Shown here: positions 17,286 to 30,675 of the stretch, one piece after another | How the letters are laid out: the number at the start of each line of letters is the position of its first letter | Numbering within the stretch: position 1 is the stretch's first letter | Position numbers and translations under genes: made by a program | From: the human T2T-CHM13v2.0 reference genome, Homo sapiens | DNA: 64,000 nucleotides | Strand: one strand, 5' to 3' | NCBI RefSeq assembly: GCF_009914755.1 | Contig: NC_060928.1 | Notes under the pieces: generated by a model | What the model was told of the DNA's origin: nothing | What the model saw: the letters and a program-made list of their open reading frames with translations, nothing else | Databases searched by the model: none

Positions 17286-18503
17286 CGTCATAGATTTTTG
17301 ATGGAAGATCTTGAAAGATCATCTTGTCTAGCCACATCATATTTTCAAATGAGACACAGACCCAAAGGGTTATACCCCTAATTTGCAGCAGAGCTGACAT
17401 GAGAGCCTGATTCCCTTAATCCAAGTCCAGGTCTCTGTCTGCCATATCACAAGACACCATTCTATCAGCTCAGAAGCCTTTGGTGGCTCCGGAAAGACAT
17501 TTATTCCATATACTTCAAACCTAGGGAATATTGACTAGCATGATTTCGTCAGAATAAATTCATTCCGGAAGAGAACAGGAGACTTAGCAGTTCTTTCCTA
17601 ATCTTCATGAGATCACAGGAAACAATCTTAGATGATGTGTTTGATTTTTCCTTTCAGCTGTTTTTTGTTTTGCTTGGCCTCATGAGGAAGGAAAACACTT
17701 AGCTGAATGATAAAGCCATTAAAGTCTTAATCATCTATTTGTTTAATGTTTTCCTCAGTATTTTCATTTTGTGTTTAAAATTCAGAAGCTCATTTTAAGG
17801 AGCAAAGGTTACACGCAAGATTAAGATCAAAGAATTCCTAAGAATACTGACTGAGAAACCAAGATCCTAGTCTTTAGAGTAACCATTCTTTCTGAGAAAA
17901 GCTGATGACTCATGCTGATTGTAGAAGTTTGTAATATGCCATGAAAATTGAGCACTTAAAATTCAAAGATTTCCTTGGATGCATCTACTCTGAATCATCT
18001 GGAGGAAAATTGAATAAAAACAAAACCAAAACCAAAAAACCAAACCAAACAGTCAATTGTCTGGGTATTTTAGCCACATAATGGCAAACATATAGCTATT
18101 TGTAAATATCATATGACTGCCTGAATTTTTTATAATCTAGATTTCTAGTCATGAACCCAGTAAAATCTGTATTATCATCAAATAACAATTTATTTCTACA
18201 CAGACTACAATTGAAAATTTAAGCCACAGATTTTGATGATTACTGGCTTAATAAATGAACATAGCTTAGTTAGATATGAAATAGCACAACTCATATAATC
18301 AAAAATTAATTGAAGGGAAAATATCATGTAAAAGAAAGGGCTGAAGCAATCTAGCTGCAACTTTTAATCAGAAGCTAGCATACTGTCAGCATAATGAGAT
18401 GTATTATATATGTAAATGCTCATTACGATAACAATTTTAAAATTTCAGTATAATGGCAGGGTCTCTAGAACACTAAGCCTTGAGCTCTACTGATTACTAT
18501 TAG

Positions 18504-18826
<323 letters not shown>

Positions 18827-19914
18827 CACCCATCACTTTTAGTTTTAAGGATTCACACTCATCTGTCTGGGAGATTTGCAAAGAAATCCCCGGTGCCCTG
18901 AAAACAGGAGAAAAAAACCTACTAAAGCAGGAGATTGTACCAAATGAGAAAGGTCTGGTTTTGTCCACATTTATTCATCGGTCTGCTCATAGCTACTTAA
19001 CCTTTCATCACTAGAACCTGGGGCTTTGTTTTCTTTGTTTTTTATTTGTTCACACAAGCAGTAACTACCTTTATATACGTACTATTTGGATGATGAAAAT
19101 AATTTAATGTAGCTTGGCCCAGCCTTGTTGAATGTCATCACCTCAGAGACAACCCCTGACCACTCAACCCACATATCAGACTTTACTCCATCATCAGGTT
19201 TCATTTTCTTCAAAACAACCATGGTTATCTAAACTGGTCACCTTAAAAAAAATTCAGTTATGTGTTTACAGTCCATTTCCTCCACGGGGTATAAGCATAA
19301 TAAGATCAGGTTCTTTGGCCATCCTGTTTGCTGCTGAATCCCCAGTGTCTAGGACAGAGCATGGCACGTGAAAAATATGTGTTAATCCATATTTAATCCA
19401 TATTTAATCCAAAAAAATATGTGTTAAGTGAATATTTGAGTGTCTAAAGCACATGGCCTTAATTAGATCTCTTTCCTCTAGAACACTAAGTTCAAAGTTG
19501 CCATCAAGGGTTACATGGAAAGAAAGTCCTATTAAGTATAAGACAAACAGAGACATTGGAAAAAAGAAGACTGAATAAAATAAGCAGAGCCAGTGCATGA
19601 AAGGATGTAAAAAATAAAATTAGCACCAAATGATTTTACAGGTAAATATTCAAAGGACAGCAAAAAGATTAAAAAGTAGAAATAAAGTAGAGGGAAAAAA
19701 AGTCAGCTATTGGTACAAAGGTTTTAACTGCAGGATTGGGATGCTTCCTGCAATGATCTTTAAGAGTTAGAATCCTGGACAAGTCAGAAGGACAGAGGAT
19801 AAGAATTTCTGGCACAAGAAATAAGAGTCATTGGAAATAGATGGCCCTGATTCAAATCCAAGTTCTCCCATTTTCTTCCATGTGATCCATGGTAAGTCAC
19901 TTAGTTTCCTCAGC

Positions 19915-20282
19915 TGTTGGCTTACTCAGTGAAAACTGCTATAACAAAAATACCTTAGACTGGATAATTTATAAACAACAGAAATTTATTTTTCACGGTT
20001 CTGGAGGCTCTGAAGTCCAAGATCAAGGTGCCAGCAGATTTGGTTTCTGGCGACAGCCCACTTTCTGATTCGTAGATGGGAACTTCCAGCTGCATCCTCA
20101 CATGATATAAAGGACAGTGTCTCTCTGGGGCCTCTTTTATAAGAGTATTAATCTCATTCTTGAAGGCAGAGCCCTCATAACCTAATCATCTCCCAAAGGC
20201 CCCATCTTTTAATACCAATATCTTGGTGATTAGATTTCAATGTTTGAATTTTAACAAGACACAAATAATCAGACCATAGTAG
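19915..20282 (-). mobile_element. MLT1A/MLT1A0-like MaLR LTR, next to a MIR fragment
   Basis: CTGCTATAACAAAAATACC...GAAGTCCAAGATCAAGGTGCCAGCAGATT...CAGACCATAG. Confidence 0.8.
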
Positions 20283-20783
20283 CTGTAAAGTCTAGATAAT
20301 TCTGAGATAAGGCCTAAAGGAGATATACATGTATTTCTCATTGAATGTTCAATACCGTTACCCTTTATTATGTATTTTTCAATTAATAAACAGGGTGCTA
20401 GTGAGAAAAGCTCTCTTGCCTTCCTTCCACAACTAGGTTACTCTTGAAGTCAAAGGAGTGGAAGTTTGTGTAGAATTTCAGCAACCACCTACAGGTACGT
20501 CTTGTACCATCTCTTTTCCTCACTATTAAACACTAGAGTTTGCATTAGAACCCTACATCTAGAATGGAAAAGAAGAACTAATAAGGGTAAGGAGTTCTAC
20601 TTATAAGCTCTGTACAGAAAAATATAACTCATCACCAAAGGTTCACCTACATCTTGTGCTGTTTTCACCATAATGTCTAGATACTTCATTTGTGACATTT
20701 AGCACCTGCAACTGTGTCTATGTGTTTTTATAACCTGTTCTCCTGGGGCAAATTCTTCCAGTGCAGAGGTCTGTCTTACTCAT

Positions 20784-21160
20784 TGTTATGGACTGAATTC
20801 TCTCCTCCAAAGATTCATACATTGAAGCCCCAACCCCCAATATGACTATTGGGAAACAGGGCCTTTAAAGAAGTAATTAAAGTTAAATGAGTTCATAAAA
20901 GTGGGACCCTAATCCAATAGGAATGGTGTCCTTATAAGAAGAGATACCTGGAGTGCTCATGCCCACAGGTAAAAGGTCACGTGAGGATACATTAAGAAGG
21001 CAGCTGTCTGTAGGCAAGGAGAGAGGATTGAGGAGAAACTAATCCTGATAGCATCACGGTCTTAGACTTCTAGCCTCCAGAACTATGAGAAATAAATTTC
21101 CATTGCTGAAGCCACCCAGGCTGTGATACTTTGTTATGGCAGCCCTTGCAGACTAATACA
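20784..21160 (+). mobile_element. MLT1B-like MaLR LTR
   Basis: Termini TGTTATGGACTGAATT...GACTAATACA. Near-TSD CTCAT/ATCAT. Confidence 0.85.
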
Positions 21161-21259
21161 ATCATCTATGGTGAATATGGTAGACTGACACTCAGAATCC
21201 CTTCCAACCTCCTTCCCGTGCCTGGTTCTGTACTGCCAGAGAGCTTACAATGTTCTCTT

Positions 21260-22305
21260 TCAGATATCTGCACTGCCGTGTTTACTGCATGACTATTCAC
21301 AACAGCCAAGAAATGGAATCAACCTAATTGTCTGTCAGTAGATGAATGAATAAAAAATTTGGTATATATACACACAAGGGAATATTCTTCAGCTATAAAA
21401 AAGAATGAAATCCTGTCACTTGTGGCAACATGGATGTACCTGGAGGACATAATGTTAAGGGGAATAAGCCAGGCGCAGAAAGACAAATACCACATGATTT
21501 CATGCAAAGGTGGAATCTAAAGAAAGTTGACCTCGCAGAATTAGAGAGTAGAATAGTGGTTACCAGAGGCCAAGGCGGGGAGGGGGTCAAGAGATGGGGA
21601 AAGATACATAGTAAGAAAGAGTTCTGGATTTCTATTGCATAGTAAGGTGACTATAGCAAGTAACAATGCATTGTGTATATTTCTTTTTTTTAAATTTTAT
21701 TTCCATAGGTTTTTGGGGAACAGGTGGTATTTGGTTACATAAGTAAGTTCCTTAATGATAATTTGTGAGATTTTGGGGCACCCGTCTCCTAAGCAGTATA
21801 CGCTGAATCCAGAATAGTCTTTTATCCCTTATCCCCTTTCCACCTTTCTCCCTGAGTCCCCAAAGTCCATTGCATCATTTTTATGCCTTTGCATCCTCAC
21901 AGCTTAGCTCCCACTTATGAGTGAGGACATATGATGCTTGGTTTTCCATTCCTGAGTTACTCCACTTAGAATAGTAGTCTCCAATCCCACCCAGGTTGCT
22001 GCAAATGCCATTAATTCATTCCTTTTTATGGCTGAGTAGTATTCCATCATACATGTATACCACAGTTTCTTTATCCACTTGTTGATTAATGGGCATTTGC
22101 ATTGTATATTTCAAAACAGCTAAAAAAGAAGATCTTAAAAGTTATCACTACAAAGAAATGATAAAACTTTGAGGTGATGAACGTGCTAGCTACCTGTGTT
22201 GTATCAATTTGCAATGCATACATGTATTGAAAAATCACACTGTACCCCACAAATATGATTATCATGTGCAAATAATAAATATTAAAAATTTATAAAATTA
22301 AAAAA
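21260..22305 (+). mobile_element. L1MA-like 3' end, split by an antisense L1PB insertion
   Basis: L1 3' UTR motifs such as CTATAAAAAAGAATGAAATCCTGTCA. The element resumes at ~22098. Confidence 0.75.
21684..22097 (-). mobile_element. L1PB (L1PB1-like) 3' end fragment
   Basis: Poly-T then TTTTATTTCCATAGGTTTTTGGGGAACAGGTGG. TSD TGCATTG(TG)TATATTTC. Confidence 0.82.
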
Positions 22306-22888
22306 ATTGTTTTCTTCCAGTCTGCAAATGTAAATTAAATCCCCCAATTAGATGACCTCATGTAAGATTTCAAAGGTGGAAGTGAGGCAGGGGCCATCTT
22401 CAGCTGTTGCATGTGTTGCCGGAACAAGCACAGTCGTGGAGGTGCTGTGTTTTTCTGCAGCAGCATGGCAGTATCCAGTTCCCAGTTCAGAGGGTATTGA
22501 GAGAGTTGCGGTGGTTGAGGTAGCCTCTTGATCAGTAGGTGGCAGCTAAGGCAGTGTATCCTCAAACTCAACAGTTCTTGATGGCTGTCTTCTGACTCCT
22601 CCTCCCCCTGATCATGGTGAAGATAGCAGCTGCCTTGGTGGGCCACCTTGGCAGTGTGATTCTGAGAGCTATTTTTGGAAAGGAAGTCTATAACTAGCTC
22701 CCAAGACTTTCCAACTACCTTGTGTTTAATGGTCTGGATCAAATTTCTTTCTGTTTAAGAAAGCTAGGGTGGTTTTTGTTTTTTGTAACTGAGCCCTAAC
22801 TGATACATTCTTCTTTGTGTTCTTGGCATTAAACAAAATACCTGGAATATTTAAAAGATGAACAAGTGTTTTTTGTCGCTGTTTAAAC

Positions 22889-23067
22889 CAGCAGTTCTCA
22901 ATCTTTGATATGTATCAGTATCAAATAGATATTGACACTGTATCCACTTAGAAATCTAATAGAGTACAAAGTCTCAACCTCATTGAAATAGACTAGGCCC
23001 CTAGTCTTCATATTTTTATCAAGTTCTCTAGATGATTCTAACACTCACCAAAGTTTGAGAAGCACTG
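22889..23067. mobile_element. MER5-type hAT-Charlie non-autonomous DNA transposon
   Basis: TIRs CAGCAGTTCTCAA / TTGAGAAGCACTG. Perfect 8-bp TSD GTTTAAAC at 22881-22888 and 23068-23075. Confidence 0.85.
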
Positions 23068-23261
23068 GTTTAAACATTCGCTGAGGCCTACCAGGGACCA
23101 GGCATGCTTCTAAGCACTTGACACTCAGTGTTTTATTTAATTCTGGTAATAACCTTATAAGGCAGGAAGCATTATTATCCACATCTTATATATGAGAAAA
23201 CTGAGGTGTAAAGAGCCTTAGAAAAATACCCAGGATCATACAACTGGTAAGATCTTGGGTA

Positions 23262-23935
<674 letters not shown>

Positions 23936-25940
23936 GTATCTAACCTGTGTCTACCTGACCATAAGCTCCAAACTCATGATCACTATACCCTTCTGCTTGT
24001 ATCATCTCCATTCTTTGCAGAGCCTAGAAAATGTATCCCGTTTACATCTAAATCAGATTCTTCCAAATAATTGTTTTGAACATAACAATATCCCAGTGTC
24101 TCTGACAAGGTCATTTAGTTACTAAAGAAAAAAGTTGGACTCATAACTATCCTTCCAAGGAAACAATAGTCTCTTGGATAAATGCAAAGGTACTTCAAAG
24201 TCTAATAAGGCTTATTTAAATCAAGAAATAGCTTGAAGAAATAATTGCTCTCTGTTACAAAACTAACAATTCTCTAAATTTTATTATTATCTTTGAAGTG
24301 AGAAATAGCAAAACCGACCCTTAGGTCTATCCATTTATTAGAGAAAATATTATATATTTTCAAAAAGAATAGCTCAAAATAGTATTATCAAGCTGCAAAG
24401 CCCCACATTCTTTTCTCTTTATTAATCATGTTTCTGACATTTTAAGATTGCATCTCTAAGATGTAATAAAATCTTATTATTCTTCTAATATCTAGAAATT
24501 AATAATGTAGAGGAAGATATTAGATGTCCAGAGGAAGTTTTCCCAGAGATGTGAAGAATGCACAATGGAAAAAGGGAAATATTCTCCTCTTTTATACTTT
24601 ATAAGCTTTTCAGTCAATAGAAGTTATCGAATTTAAATATAGTCACTGTTAGAAAGGAGGAGTTCTGAAAACTTCTGGAATTGTCAATTTCATCACCAGT
24701 TGGGCTTGTTAGAGAAAAGTGAAACCTGAACATTTGTGAGGCAAAAATTACTCTGATTTGTCCCAGAGAAGAAATGTGAACAAGTTGCATGCAAATCCCA
24801 GCTGTTATTCTGGACTTTATTGTGACTTTTGACAAGTTATCTACCTTTCAGGTGTTCATTATCTAGTCTGTTAAAATTAGAGAAAATAACCCCTACCTTG
24901 TGAGGTGTTACAAGGGTTAAATGAGATACATTAGTTTCTTTCTGTGGATCTGTGCAGGGAGCAGAAAAAAGAAAAATTAAGAAAAGAAAAGAAAAGACAC
25001 AGTAACAAGTCACCCACACCAAGATAGTAGAAAATCACAGGACAAACTGTCAGAAAATTTGGCTTTGAACTTGGAACTCTGCCTCCATCTTGTTGTGTGA
25101 CTCGAAGCAATTCTCTTAATTTTACCCTTGGAAAGAATACATTTCACTCTTGTCAAAAGGAGATGAAATTTTTGACTTCCCAAGTTTGTTCTAATTTTGA
25201 TGGCTCTTGTTTCAGGAATATAAAAATAATTCTTAAAATTTATAAAAAATGTTACATCTTCACTCACCCTGAAAACCAAAAAATGTACTTTTTAAGCATC
25301 CACATTTCCTGTCCTCTTTCTTTATTTGTATTGTCAAGTGAAGTTGTTCCAGCGAATGAGTCAGTTGAGATGGAAACATTTATTTATCTGATGTAATGTG
25401 TCAGTGGTGCGCTTTCAAAGTGTTTCTAGTATGCTTTGACAGTAAGTAACGGCATTAAAAAATGCTCTGACAAAAATGCTAGTGATAAATCACAGCTGTC
25501 ATTCCCCTTCTCCCCAGGGGCTGCAGTTTGATTTTGCCACCTTTCCTTTTCGTTAACAAAAGTGCTATTTGACATATATTTTATGTGTAGTTCCATGAAC
25601 TAAACTTCATTTTGTTTGGGGAATCTGGAAAGAATCTCACACTTTGTTTGAGGCTCTACACAACAAATCACTGGATTGAAATTCCTGCGGGGGGGGCATT
25701 CTGGAAGGGACTTTGGACCCCGCTCAAGAAGTCAGTCCCCAAGAGTGGAGTCCAATTCAGCAGAGAATTCACGGACAGAAGAACAACACAGCAGGGCAGA
25801 GAGCCACAGAGCCACTAGCAGATGTCAGGGAGATGAAGAGAGGGGCCACAGTAAAATAAGACTCTGGGATGAAGGTATGACCAGGACAAGGGCCAGGTAT
25901 GACCAGGTAAAGGGCTATGTCATGAACCTGTTGTATCTGT

Positions 25941-26450
25941 TGGGATGGTTAAAATTGTGTGTCAAATTGGCTAGGCTATGGCGCCCAGTTGTTTGGTCAA
26001 ACAGTAATCTAGGTGTTGCTATAAAGGTATTTTTGTAGATGTGAAAAACATTTACAGTCAGTTGACTTCAAGTAAAACAACCCTCCATAATGTGGGTGGG
26101 ACTCATCCAATCAGTTGAGGGCCTTAACAGCAAAAACTGAGGTTTTCTAGAGAAGAAGGAATTCTTCCTTAAAGCTGGAACATAGAAAATCTGCCTGAGT
26201 TTTCAGCCTGCTGGTCTGTCCTATGGATTTCAGATTCAAGACTGCAATATCAACTTTTTTTTAACTGAACATTCAGCTTGCTGCTCTGCTTTATAGACTT
26301 TGGACTTGCTAGCCTCCCCAGTCACATGAGCCAAATCCTTAAAATCTCTCTTCTCTCTCGTGTGTGTGTGTGTGTGTGCGTGTGTGTGTGTCTGTGTGTG
26401 TGTGTATTCTCCTATTTGTTGGACTCCTCTTGGGAACTTTGAGTGATACA
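25941..26450 (+). mobile_element. MLT2D-like ERVL solo LTR containing an imperfect (TG)n at ~26360-26405
   Basis: TGGGATGGTTAAAATTGTGTGTCAAATTGGCTAGGCTATGG start, ...TGATACA end. Confidence 0.82.
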
Positions 26451-28572
26451 CCTCTCTTGTCATTTTTTGTTTCCAGTGCAAGGCTTGGAGGACTCTGCTG
26501 GTCTGGAAAGTCATGCTTAAAGTTGCAAGAACCCAGCCAAACAGTCCCCTCCTGGGGAAAATTGGAAATGGGTTTTCTTTTCTTCAACCAGCACATCTTC
26601 AGTACTTGTTACCTTCCAGGCAACATATTAGGTACTAGACAGGTTGGGTTCCCCCAGAAGCAGATGCTAAAATAAGAATTTGAGTACAAAGAGTCTAATA
26701 GGTAGGGGTAATTCTAGGAAACACTGGTAGGGGAGTGGGGAAGTGAGACAGGGAAGGGAAGGAAGACACAACAGGGCATGTTAACAAGAAGGGAATGGCT
26801 GTGGGCCACTGGATTCAGTGTCACTAGGACTTATGAGAGACTGCATGGGAGCCTACAGCTGTATGCCCGGAGTGTACTGAAAATCAAGGATAAAAATGGT
26901 GCATTCATTTTCTGGATGTCGCATTGTTAAAACCTTTTTATATTATAATAAACACATGCATATTTTGGAATACATACATAGTTTCATAAATTTTTTAGAT
27001 AAAACAAGAGCATTCAAGGAAATTTTGAGCTAAGAACTATTGTCTTAGTGCAGTCTTTGTCTTTTTTCTTCTCTCTTCTCCTTTGTGTCAAACACTTAAT
27101 TCAGTGTCCTGTTTAAAAGGATTCTCCTTGCTAAGACACCCACTTTGTTCCAGGGTCCATGGTCTTGCTCTGTCCACTACACGGAGTTTGTTTCAGGATT
27201 AAGTCTTGGTAACAGGCTTTTGGTCCCTGCCCTAGTCCCCTTTCTTGTGCACGGCATCTTACAGTGGGCCCGCCAGTTATGCAGTAGAGCTCCTTGCTGT
27301 GCCTGCACATTTGGCTCTGCTCCCAAATTACTGGGCCTCTGACATTTCCAGGCCTATAACTTGATCCTAATTCCCCATCTGTGTCCATATGGACAACTTG
27401 CTAACTTCCATAATGGATGGAGACAGGTCCAACTGCAATCTTCAATTTGATCTCAAGGACCAATATTGCAGCCGTCCTATTCTCATAACATATGCTTGTC
27501 TTGTAGATATTGCTAGGCCTTCAAGAGAACTGGAAGAACAAGAAAGATAAAAAAAGATGGTGAAAGGCATGTAAGTTTCCCAGGTGGCAATGGAGGGAAG
27601 CCCAAAATAAGAAAGAACCATGAAAAAGGAAACATTCTGGAGTAGAAATGTAAGAGAGAGAGAGAGAGAGAGAGCACGTGCAATTATGTATGTGTTAGGT
27701 GTAGTTTGGAGGAGGTGAGAAGAGAGTAGTGATCAGAGAATTGAGGAGAAAATAGGCCAAGTGAATCCTGCTCTACTGTTAGCTGAAACCTAGAGGAAGT
27801 GCCTAGAAAAACTAGAACATCATTTTTTATCAGTAAACCTCTTTTGCCCCAAGTTGTACAGATTGTATTAGAGAATAGACTATTTCTGATGTTCATTTCT
27901 TTTGTACAACTCAACAGAGGGAATAATCTCAAATTCCAGTAGAGTGGCTAACAGATATAGGGAGGCCTTAGTTGAAAGCAATTTATGAGCAAGCTGCTTT
28001 CTTCACAAGTCATCAATTTTTGTCTTTTTTACAATGACATTTGCAAATATTCTGCTCCTGTCATGTAATCTGCTACTCATAGGCCTCATTTTGCAATGGG
28101 TTAGCCTTATTTGTGTTTACCTTTCAAAATGTCACCACGATACTAAGCAAATGCCACCTAGATAAGTACTATAATTTAGATTCTCAGTCTAAACCACACA
28201 CAACCAACTCTGTGTGAATGGTCAGTAATCTGGATATTGTCTAACTCTTAAGTAGTCTATTTGTGGCCCAAATATCATTCACAGGGGTTCATATCCCAGT
28301 ACCACTCTCACATAGAAGTCATTTTGGACATCACGGCAGAAGAAACCATACATTCTTCTACTCCTTCATCTCTCTCCAAGAATTGAGGACGAAACACCAG
28401 ATCATCTCTTGCCAGACTCTCTTGTAACTAGCGGTGATCATGTGACAAAGCTTCAGGCAGTAAGATTTATGGGGAAGTCTTCTTCGGAGCTTCTTGGAAA
28501 AATATTCTTTACTCAAACAGAAATGTATACATTGAGAACTTTTAAAATTTTTCTCCCTTCTTTCCTGCCTTT

Positions 28573-28890
28573 TTTTTTTTAAATTTTACTTTAAGTTCCG
28601 GGATACCTGTGCAGAATGTTCAGGTTTGTTGCATAGGTATACATGTGCCATTGTGGTTTGCTGCACCTATCAATCCATCATCTACGTTTTAAGCCCCGCA
28701 TGCATTAGGTATTTGTCCTAATGCTCTCCCTCCCCTAACCCCCAACCCCCAACAGGCCCCAGTGTGTGTTGTTCCCCTAGCTGTGTCCATGTGTTCTCAT
28801 TGTTCAACTCCCGCTTATGAGTAAGAACATACGGTGTTTGGTTTTCTGTTCCTGTGTTAGTTTGCTGAAAATGATGGCTTCCAACTTCAT
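28573..28890 (-). mobile_element. L1PA8-like 3' end fragment, inserted into an old ERVL-type LTR (~28330-29150)
   Basis: TTTTAAGCCCCGCATGCATTAGGTATTTGTCCTAATGC 3' UTR signature. 16-bp TSD CTTCTTTCCTGCCTTT at 28557-28572 and 28891-28906. Confidence 0.88.
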
Positions 28891-30278
28891 CTTCTTTCCT
28901 GCCTTTCAAGACAGCGGTAGGACAAGATATTTGGAATTGCAGCAGCCATCTCGAGACTGCGGCGATAAGCCAGGGAGGGAAAGTCAATACGCTAAGCATG
29001 GTAGAATGGAAAAGATGGAAAGAGCTTAGAAACTTGATGTTTCTGAGACACTGAACCAACCTTGGGACTCTCCTCCAGACTTGTTGGTAATAATAAAGAT
29101 CTTATTATTTAAACCACAGTTAGGTTTTCTCCTGTAAGTTTTCCCTTTTGCATAGAGTCAACACGGTCCCTGAGATTACTCCTGGAGCCAGTAGCCCAGT
29201 CCTCCCCATTCACATAAATTGTCTGGGACCACAGGAATGAAAGACGGGAAAGTGGAGGAGGAGAGCATAGTCTGATACTCAGCCTGGATTCAGAAAAGAG
29301 GTATGACTGCCATTGTAATGAGAGGTGGCAATCAGAAGCAGAAGGGGCTTTTTTTTTCCCCCATAAAGGTCTTTGTGAACCTTGGGGTTTAAGCACCTTT
29401 GGTGCTTTTGTAGCACCCAGAAAAGCACCCTGGACAGTGGCTTGAGGGCATCAGACATCCCGAGGCAGGCAGAGTAGAAGACAATGAGCCAGTTTCTTTT
29501 TAAGCATACATGTATTACTTCCTGAGGACTCCTGGAATGTGAAGAGACTCTGAAGAGGGGCCTGGGGTCTTGTGCCAACAAATGGGGCTAACTATCCAGT
29601 GACAGGTAATTGACATCAATATGACCTCGTTTGTTCCCAAAGACAGTGAGGCCTGTGACATGTGTGATACACACAACACACATCATGATTTTTGTTTATT
29701 CTAAGTAAATTCCTGTCAACAAACAGTTGAATTTATTCTGCAGACATGGCATGTTAAAAGCAGTCTCTTTCTAAAACAACAGTGGAAAGTATTTTTCACT
29801 GCAGATGGTACAGTTTATACAAGCCACCCTCATGTGAATAAAGTAAAGATATGTTTCAGTGTACCCTTGAAGGGTGTTTCAATTTTGAGTTAGGCTGGCA
29901 GGTTGTTTTTAATGCGTTCCACAACCTTGCCATGTGATACCACTAGTCAGTGGTTTTCAAATGCATCCTCTGCCCCTCCCCAGTAAAATCTGACACAGCA
30001 TTATATGAAGAATAGATCAAACCAAGCAGGTCTGAGAAAGGCAGGGTTGGGCCCAGAGCCCTATACATGTTGGCCCAGAAGTACCTCTGTCCTAAATTTC
30101 AGAGAATTTTGAGGAGATTTCCCTCTGCATCTGTTTTAATTTTGTCTCTCTTTGTATAGTTTTAACTATTCAGATAAAATTGCACCCCCTCTTGCTATTC
30201 ATCTGTTAGTCACTCTGAAATGTCAGAAATAGAGGATTTTCCTGTTCTCTACCCACCTTGGGTACAGTAAGGATTTTC

Positions 30279-30675
30279 TTTTTTAAAAAATTTATTTACT
30301 ATACTCTAAGTTCTGGGATACATGTGCAGAACGTGCAGGTTCGTTACATAGGTATACATGTACCATGGTGGTTTGCTGCACCCATCAACCTGTCATCTAG
30401 GTTTTAAGCCCCGCATGCATTAGGTATTTGTCCTAACGCTCTCCCTTCCCTTGCCCCCCATCCCCTAACAGGCCCTGGTGTGTGATGTTCCCCTCCCTGT
30501 GTCCATGTGTTCTCATGGCTCGACTCCCACTTATGAGTGAGAACATGGGGTGTTTGGTTTTCTGTTCCTGTGTTAGTTTGCTTAGAATGATGGTTTCCAG
30601 CTTCATGGCCTGCAAAGGCCATGAACTCATTCTTTTTTATGGCTGCGTAGTATTCCATGGTGTATATGTGCCACC
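30279..30675 (-). mobile_element. L1PA8-like 3' end fragment
   Basis: Same 3' UTR signature as 28573-28890, with GATTTTC flanking both sides. Confidence 0.85.

Noticed and set aside
22335-22742. 135-aa minus-strand ORF
   Set aside because: It lies in an LTR-like fossil, has a non-ATG start and shows no recognisable domain.
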